Assembly: GCA_964016885.1 (NCBI GenBank)
Contig: OZ024740.1
Span: 369,086,001-369,150,000, forward strand
Direction: 5' to 3'
From: Eledone cirrhosa
Lineage: Eukaryota
DNA length: 64,000 bases
The position numbers were made by a program, and so were the translations under genes. This document shows positions 54,020 through 64,000 of this stretch, piece by piece. The notes beneath the pieces were generated by a model. That model was not told where the DNA came from. It searched no databases and worked only from the letters and a program-made list of their open reading frames with translations. How positions within the stretch are numbered: position 1 is the first letter of the stretch; the number at the start of each line of letters is the position of its first letter.

Positions 54020-54305
54020 GAAGCAATGGGAGAGAATAGCGGCGGTAGCGATACTGAGACAGTGGTGGTGGTGATGTCGATACTGAGGCAGTGGTGGGGG
54101 TGATGTGATCGTATTACTGTAGTGATGGTGTTGTAGCGGTGGTGTCAATGAAGGAGTGGTGGTGGCGGTGGTAGGATAGTGGTAGTAATGATGGCAGTGG
54201 TGGTTGTGATGTGGTCGTATTACTGTAGTGATGGTGGTGTTGTAGCTGTGGTAGCAATGAAGGAGTGGTGGCGGTGGTGATGGGATAGTGGTAGTAATGA
54301 TGGAT
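54020..54305. repeat. GGT-rich low-complexity tract with ~105-bp direct duplication
   Basis: gtgatgtg.tcgtattactgtagtgatggt..aatgaaggagtggtgg..gatagtggtagtaatgatgg occurs twice. Confidence 0.75.
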
Positions 54306-54821
54306 GGGCGGCGTTGTCGTTACTAATGTCCGTTCGGTGAATCTATGGGGTTAAACATTTTGTTAAAACTTGGGACAATAATAATAGTATTTATTACTAT
54401 CATTATTATGTTGAGATTGGTTGTGGTGGTGGTGGAATTGCCGTTATCTGGCTGTTATTTTTAGTGTACACAGAGAGGTGATGGGGTAGGCGGTGTATCT
54501 AGTTTCTGGTGTTGGTGAGATTGGTGTTGTTTGGCTGTTCTATATAGTGTAGACATAGGAGGGGGGGGGGGGTTCTTCTTCTTCCATTTATAGCCATTTT
54601 CTTTTTTGAATATACAATGTACAATACAAAGTTGAATATTTGAATATTTGAGCTTTATAACAATATATTTTGGGTCCGAATTTTTTTGGGGCTCAAGCCG
54701 GATGCTTTACGTAGCATCTGTACTAAGAGTTCTTATTTCACAAATGATTTAAATATGTTAAAAATTCAAAACTTACGGGAGCGATTTCATGACCTTCTAC
54801 CACCTCGTGCGTCTTCTTCCC

Positions 54822-54861
<40 letters not shown>

Positions 54862-55392
54862 GTTATTATTATATTTCTATTTTTATTATATATGTATATA
54901 AATACACACACGCACACATTCACACACAAATAATATTGCGAAACAGTTCTATCAAAACTGTCCAGGTTTTCGGTCGTTACCACAATTATGGTTTGTATTT
55001 ATTTTTCTTGATTTATTCTTAAATGCGTCTGGCAAACCCTATTGTCTGTAGTTAGTATTTTTTTCACCTTACCGATTCTGGTACATTACTATTTGAATAC
55101 ATATATGTATATGTCTGTGTTCGTTATTCTTTTTTGTTCAGTTATAATATACTGCTCGGAAAATATTCTTTCCTAGAGCTAATTTACTGTAATGAGACTA
55201 TTTTGAGTTTCTAACTCAATACTTGACTTTGATATATATATATATATATATATATATTTCCTTTTTTAATTTGTTTTGCAAGATTTCTTATATGAAAACG
55301 TGTGTTGATACGGATATTGTTATAATTTGGGAGGGCTATACTGCCAATAAAATCATACGCATCTAACGAATTTCACTTCAATTAATTGTAAA

Positions 55393-56664
55393 CTAGCATT
55401 AAAGCCCGGCGTTGCTCGGAGCCAGTAAGTTACCAAAGTTAAGTTGCACCACCCATTTTATGGCAGCACTTTTTTGTCTACCAGGCACTGGGTGAATGAA
55501 TTGCAGACCTGGACTGCTGAAGCAGGAGCTGCGCCAGCAGTGACAATTGTAGTTTCGCCTATGGATATTATCTCTGTGCAAAGAAGTGTTGAAATGTATT
55601 GTTTCACAGTACTTGCGCAACACGCGCGTAGACGATCCCAGCCGAACAACAGAGCTGCGATGGAGTTGTTCTGCATGGTTGTCTAATGTGCGTTTTCTAA
55701 ATTTAAGACAGTTGGAAGGGGTGTGCTATGGGGGAGAGTTAGCTGTTGTTTCTAACAGGTTTATTGACATCATAGAGGATATGTGTTTTCTAAATTTAAG
55801 ACAGTAGGGAGTGGTGTGATATGGGGGAGAGTAAGCTGCTGATTCTAGTAGGTTTAGTGACCTCATAGAGGTTATATTTTCTAAATTTAAGACAGTAGGA
55901 AGGGGTGTGATATGGGGGAGAGTTAGCTGCTGTTTCTATAAGGTTTAGTGCCCTTATAGAGGATATGTGTTTTCTAAATTTAAGACAGTGGGGAGTGATG
56001 TGATATGGGGGAGATTTAGCTGCTGTTTTTAGCAGGTTTAGTGACCTCATAGAGGATATTATTGTGTATCATTATCTATAAAAGGCAGATTGTTGTTGTT
56101 GTGTGTGTGCAGATGTTCCATGTTTATACATTTGCACACTGATTCAACTCAAAGTCTGTAAGAATCCACGTGTGTTGAGAGGTTTTAAACGAGATTTATC
56201 GCTTGTTGTTGAATAAATGTATCTGTTGCTTTTGAATAATTGTCGTTTCGTATGAAATGTAATAATTTCTCTTTGTCATTAAAGTAAATAAATGTTTGAC
56301 CGTTCCACACGCAAAAACAAACGTTCTCTCTCTCACTATCACTCTCTTCTCTCTCTCTCTCTTCGGCGTTCCTAAAGGAAGTTTATAAGGATGTGTGTAG
56401 TTTTATCGAATTTGAAGGGGAGTAGAGAGAGGTAAGCAGATTCTATTAGAGGGGTAAAGCGTCATGTATTTAGTTTATCGATTATTTCCATTATTGTGGG
56501 TGAGTTTGAAGGAAATAAATAGTCATTGACCTAAGTTGGAGTACTTACAACATTCTTACAGACGTAGAATCGAATCAGGTTGAAATTGTGCAAATGTATA
56601 AACATGGAAGATGTGCACACACACACACACACAACGACAACAATCTGCCTTTTACAGATAATGA
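55393..56664 (-). mobile_element. Non-autonomous Helitron
   Basis: Minus strand starts A|TC (tcattatctgtaaaaggcag), ends with GC-rich hairpin ccgagcaacgccgggc then CTAG|T; no TSD; removing it restores the host repeat (gtaaa|tttcctattggttgg). Confidence 0.8.
55688..56058. repeat. Minisatellite, 4 x ~93 bp, inside the Helitron
   Basis: ctaaatttaagacag recurs at 55697, 55790, 55881 and 55974. Confidence 0.95.
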
Positions 56665-57198
56665 TTTCCTATTGGTTGGTTGGTTGGTTGGTTTATATAT
56701 TATCAAAGCTCTTTTCATCACACAGTGTATGACAATATATAAACAACCACCCGGTTATCGAACTAACTGGTAATTTATAATAAATTGAAGTGAAAACTAG
56801 ACTTATACACCCTATCTTTACTCATGAAAACTATTTTCAACATGTATCAACAAAATGAGAAATCTATATATCCTTAATAATTATAATTCGCGAAGGAAGT
56901 GTGTAGAGAATAAATAAAAAATGTGTAAACAATTTTATAACAAATAATTACAATCTAGTTAATAACCTGAACATTATTTGAAAAATCAAATATATATTGT
57001 TCGTTATCAAGAGATACCATTTTGTCTACGATGATATTTGCAAATCAGCTTCTTGGATCACGAAATATTTATCTTGAATGGCGCGACCGAATGGAAGAAT
57101 AAATTTGCGAAACCTTTTTACATCAAAACTGTTATCACCATATCACGTAATTCTCCACTATCATTTATACGATTACCTGTATTTTATGTTGCTGAAAT

Positions 57199-57668
<470 letters not shown>

Positions 57669-57736
57669 ATATATATATATATATATATATCATGGAAACT
57701 GTTGGCTCCTTGCTACAATGTTATCTATACCTTTCA

Positions 57737-57834
<98 letters not shown>

Positions 57835-58259
57835 AAAGTAATATGTTATCAAATATGAAACCAAATAATTTGAGGTAAAGAAGTTATACGGCTAAAAAGG
57901 CGAGATTTTTACATACACAAGTCTACATACAATGGTGTAGAAAAGTATGAAATCCTACTATGAATGATTATGAATTCACGTAGAGCAATACATGCATTGA
58001 GAAATAAACCAAACACTGCTTACTCTATCACATTTCAATTTACGTGAGTTTCCTCCTTAATCTTGTACATAATCTCATGTTTAAAGCAATTATATCTTAT
58101 TTATTTCTGATGAGTCCTAATATTGAGCTCTAGATATAAACTAGCAGAAAAACCGCCACGGGCGGGTTTCTGCTAGCATATGTAGTGTGCATATTGGTAT
58201 TATACACATAACATATATGAATATAGATATATGTAAATTGTAAAGTAAATTGACAATAA

Positions 58260-58900
58260 TTTCTTCTTCACCCACTTATTTCTGAGAGGGTCGTGGGGGA
58301 AGAGTCCCTCTCAAACACTCCTTACATCGAGTCTGTTAGTAGCAAACTGATCTAGCTGGATTCCAAAGCGTGACCAGCCAAGCTCATGGATGTTATCCAA
58401 CTATCTTGCTCAGGGTCTACTTTTGGGTCTCTTGCCAGTTGGTTTTTCCTGTAAAATGCGTCCAGCGATCCTTTACTGAGACATTATATCCAAACGCTCA
58501 TAATATCGGAGTTGTGATCTCTGAATTCGGAGAAGTAGCGGCTCTACCAGAAGTGACTCTCTGGTCTCTGAGCTATGCACTTTATCGAGTAACGTTACTC
58601 CAAAGACCCTTTGGGATAGTCCCATTTCTACCGCTTTTATTTGCAATTGTATTCTTTTGGTCATTACTCGAGATTCAAGATCCCCGGTAAGGAGTTGGCA
58701 GGTAAACCAGGAAGACAGCGAGTTTGGCTTTTACACGTACCCCCTTCTTCTAATTGCTAAATGCTGAGGCTGGCGCATTACTGCATCATCTTTTGCAATT
58801 CTTGCACTTAATTCATTCTCCTGCATTCCATCACTCATGAACACGGCTCCAAGATAATTGAACTTCTCTAACTGCTTCAGTAGAACTCCATTATATTAAA
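58260..58900 (-). mobile_element. RTE-clade LINE 3' fragment with (GAA)n end
   Basis: RIQLQIKAVEMGLSQRVFGVTLLDKV..EPLLLRIQRSQLRY; 3' end homologous to 46510-46560. Confidence 0.8.
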
Positions 58901-59489
58901 TGAGTTTTAAAAAAAGAGTTAATAAATAAATAAAACATACTTGTTTTACCCTCCCATTTCCAATTCACCGAACGCTGCTATCATGACTGTATGTGTGTGT
59001 TTGTGTAAATGTATATGTGTGAATGTATGCATGTTTGTGTGAAAGTATGTGTGAATGTAAGTGTATTTGTGTGATGTATGTCCGTGATCATGTATTTTTA
59101 TAAGTTTGTGTTTGCGCGATTAAAGTGATATACTCATAATAGTTATATACTCATACTTTTAGATGTATGTATGTGCACACTCATACTCTTCAGCGTGTAG
59201 AAAACATAATCTCTCTATCTCTCTCATTACACACTCGCTCTTTCTATATATATGGTAGTCTAAGTGGTGGTTGTGGCGAGGATATACCGGAAGTGTAGAA
59301 ATTTGAAATTTTGAAAAGAACTCAATTTTAAATTATTTATGTTAACGAAATTTGGTTACGAAGTTTAGTACATACATTATGTAATATTTATTCCTTATTT
59401 ATTAAAAGTAATCCAACATATTTTACTAACTGGATTAAAAGAAATAAATGGTATGCAGTCCAGCAGTCCTTAATTTATTATAGTTTAGA

Positions 59490-59795
59490 TATTCGGTCGG
59501 TTGGTTCGATGACTGGATGGTTGTTTACATATTGTGAAAGCTCTTTCGTCACAAATACTGTGACTCCTCAGTGACTGGCTTTTTATTCTCTGTTCCTCAT
59601 TTGGTGTAGGGCCGAATAAAGGAGAACGGAAAATAAAAACATGTCACTGAGCAGGTCACAAAATATGTGACGAAAGAGTTTTGACATTATATAAACAACT
59701 CCGGTTACTGAACCAGCCAGCGAAACAAAGGGATATATCAGGTGGGTAATTTTTTTATTGGCAGCAGGACCCCCTCCCCCAAGGTTTAACAATAT
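59490..59795. mobile_element. Old family B fold-back element with paired hammerheads
   Basis: HHR-like tgtca-CTGAGCA-g-gtcaca/tgtgac-GAAAG-ag-TTT-tgaca at 59642-59686 (+) and mirror 59533-59575 (-) with CTGAGGA; ends aacaat|(AT)n. Confidence 0.7.
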
Positions 59796-59854
59796 ATATA
59801 TTTATATATATATATATGCATATATATTATACACCCACACATACATACCTCCCC

Positions 59855-60235
<381 letters not shown>

Positions 60236-60265
60236 TTATATATATAGTGAATTCAGTGTGTGCGT

Positions 60266-60306
<41 letters not shown>

Positions 60307-60481
60307 GTTCAAGGTAACCGATTTTAAAGAGAGTGATGGTGATAGTAGAGGAGATATGAGAGGAAAGATTGGTGAGTTAGTTAGAAGCCAAAGCGTTAAG
60401 GCATGGGCTCAATGTGCAATATGCAGAAGAAAGCAGCTAGGTGGCTGGGTTCATGCAGAAGTTAGGTGCGCAGAGCTGGAA

Positions 60482-61212
60482 ATATTCATTAGCTAAGCAA
60501 AACAAGACCACAAACCTCACAAGGAAGACATTATTAAAAGATTGTCAACATATTTTAGTTTGATGTAAGGAATGTAGAGAATAATAATAATAATAATAAT
60601 ATTAATAATAATAATGTCCTTTTACAATTGTTTCGCTACTCCATATAATATTTCTGGATCAGATGACTATATATCATAATTGATCTGGTTCAGTTGAAAA
60701 TAATTAACACATTTAAAAAACAGAGTGGCTCATCGGAACTCAAAGGAATATAAATAAAAATAATGTTACATAATATAATGTTCCATATATTGGTTTTTAC
60801 TATGGTGTCTTGGTTGCATCAGCTGTCAGCCATAATCAAGCAGTATTCATCTGTTGAGGCTGCATTGTGTGAGATCTGCCTATGGGTAATAAGATGGCTG
60901 CCAATATATGGAACATTATATTATGTAACATTATTTTAATTTATATTCCTTTGAGTTCCGATGAGCCACTCTGTTTTTTTAAATATGTTAATTATTTTCA
61001 ACTGAACCAGATCAATTATGATATATAGTCATCTGATCCAGAAATATGATATGGAGTAGCGACACAATTGTAAACGGACATTATTATTATTAATATTATT
61101 ATTATTATTATTCTCTACATTCCTTACATCAAACTAAAATATGTTGACAATCTTTTAATTATGTCTTCCTTGTGAGGTTTGTGGTCTTGTTTTGCTTAGT
61201 TAATGAATATAT
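60482..61212. mobile_element. Fold-back element, ~310-bp arms, carrying hammerhead-like motifs with enlarged stem-loop II
   Basis: 60482-60794 is the reverse complement of 60901-61210; motif at 60617-60747 (-) and 60947-61078 (+). Confidence 0.85.
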
Positions 61213-61214
61213 AT

Positions 61215-62948
61215 ACGGAACACCCGCCAATCGCCTCACGGTCGAACAACGAACTATCTTCATCTTACAGACCCACACTCCCCCCGGCCTGAACTCCCCA
61301 CCCTTATTCCTTTAGCCTTCGACCGCCTTCCTCCCTCCACAGTTATCCCCCACTAACACCACTAACACATCTCTCCTTTTCACCACGTCCCCACAACTAA
61401 CAATACTAACACCTCCACTCCACCTCTCATCTGACCACCCTTCCCCAACTAACATACTAACATCCCTTCCCTCCCCTCTTCTCCTCCTCCCCCTCCTTAT
61501 CACACGCACACACCCACCGGCACATATATACACGCGCTCACACTAAACACACACCCTACTACCACCACTAACACTCACCCCCACACCTCTTACCCCCACA
61601 CCTCCATCCCACGACCCCGCAACTACCATCACTAACACCCCCTAACCCCAAGCACACGAACACACGCACCCACTTACACCACCCACCCCACACGCAACTA
61701 ACATCACTAACACCCCCCAACCCCACGCACACGTACCCACACACCCTCGTACACCACCAACTCTACACACTACCACCACTAACCCCCACTCACACCTGCA
61801 TTCAACGCCTCCCCACCTCCCGTATACTAACACCCACTAACACCTCTTCATCTAACTACACACACACCAGTACACCACACTCCCTCCATAGAACCACGCA
61901 CACCCTTCTCTCCCCGCTCCACCCACACCCTTGCTCCACACTCACTCATCCCACTAACACCCCTACTAATACACACACACACCCACCCACATCCTCCTCA
62001 CTCCAACTTTCACACCTACCCATCCTCGCCCCTTTACCATTCCACCGACTGCTGCTATGCCCTCTGACCACCTCCCAGCACAAACAGACCACAGCACTCC
62101 CACTGCTGACCACTTCCTGTTGCGCGCGCACCCCACATCTCTCCTCTTCCGACCATCGCTTCATGGAATACCCACACGCAGAAATTGACCAACAACCAAT
62201 CCACTAAACATCTTCGGAATTTACCAACTTTTCAACCATCCTCTTACGTAATCACCTATATAACTCACCCACACACACACCCCCCAAACATTTTTTTCTC
62301 CACACGCCATCTACACACACAACACGGTTAAACCCCACACACACGTGCTTTCCACCACATATTTACACCCTCAGCCTCCTGATTCCTCTCCCCCCACCCC
62401 TCTATCCACACACGCACAGACACTCCGACCCACAAACCCCCCCACAGACACCTCTTCCTGAACATGCAACCCCGTTCTTCCCCCAACCCTTACTTTCACA
62501 TACACACACACACACACGCACGCACACCTACACACACACACCACCTTCAGCCCTCCCCGCTTGGACACCCCGTCTCCCTCTCCCCACTCCACCCGCCACC
62601 ACCCCTACACACCCCACACCCTTCCACCACCTGTTTACCCCCCTTTTAATTTCAGTTTATTTTGATCATGCCTTTATTTTTAAATTTATCTCATTCCTTG
62701 TATTTTGATCATGCTTTATTTTTATTTTTATCTTTATTTTTTATTTTTTCATTCGCACCGTTTCCTTTCGCTATATGTCTCTCCACCACTCCCCTACACA
62801 CCTTTGAACTCTGTTCCCACACACTTCTCACCTGAGGAAGGCTTATGCCCGAAACGTCTTCCCCCACCAACACCCCACTCTCCAGAGCGTGAAATTAATA
62901 AACATTCGTTGTACTGCCTCTCTGTTTTGTCCCTGTTCAAATTTGTCC

Positions 62949-62952
<4 letters not shown>
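61215..62952 (+). mobile_element. 5'-truncated Penelope-like element: GIY-YIG C-terminus, CA-rich 3' region, hammerhead remnant, ends in (AT)n
   Basis: GTPANRLTVEQRTIFILQTHTPPGLNS (RxxxExxxIxxLxTxxPxGLN motif); CTGAGGA-a-ggc-ttat-gcc-c-GAAAC-GTC at 62832-62858; terminus shared with 12543-12622. Confidence 0.7.

Positions 62953-64000
<1,048 letters not shown>

Larger units (their letters stand above)
55260..56870. mobile_element. Degenerate family B fold-back PLE, split by a Helitron
   Basis: 55275-55392 plus 56665-56725 match the left arm of 32102-33892; 56735-56795 matches its right arm. Confidence 0.65.

Noticed and set aside
55688-56058. Regular repeats resembling a CRISPR array
   Set aside because: Whole ~93-bp units are homologous with no unique spacers; no cas genes; eukaryotic context
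58100-58135. CTGATGAgtcc hammerhead start
   Set aside because: No complementary stem II strand or GAAA box follows

Overview
AT-rich, gene-poor eukaryotic DNA, probably an animal and plausibly a cephalopod such as Octopus. That assignment is inferred only from the repeat landscape: huge (AT)n/(GT)n/(CATA)n tracts, a tRNA-derived SINE, and decayed RTE, CR1/L2, Tx1 and R4/Dong LINEs. I find no intact protein-coding gene, and most ORF-track entries are microsatellite translations. The window is a nest of decayed retroelements: several R4/Dong-type RT+RLE LINEs, Penelope-like element (PLE) GIY-YIG remnants, SINEs and one non-autonomous Helitron. The striking feature is about 15 fold-back (hairpin) insertions from several unrelated sequence families, nearly all embedded in (AT)n. 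Most carry a type-I hammerhead ribozyme (HHR) motif or half of one. Most also share one asymmetric architecture: one arm ends at an AT-microsatellite junction and the other keeps an unpaired 30-75 nt tail. In one family (7 copies) the fold-back point always lies in what would be ribozyme stem II, which suggests snap-back priming on the ribozyme hairpin. A Naiad-like GIY-YIG remnant has TGA at a conserved Cys, possibly selenocysteine. All calls were made by eye; boundaries are approximate unless an exact junction is quoted.
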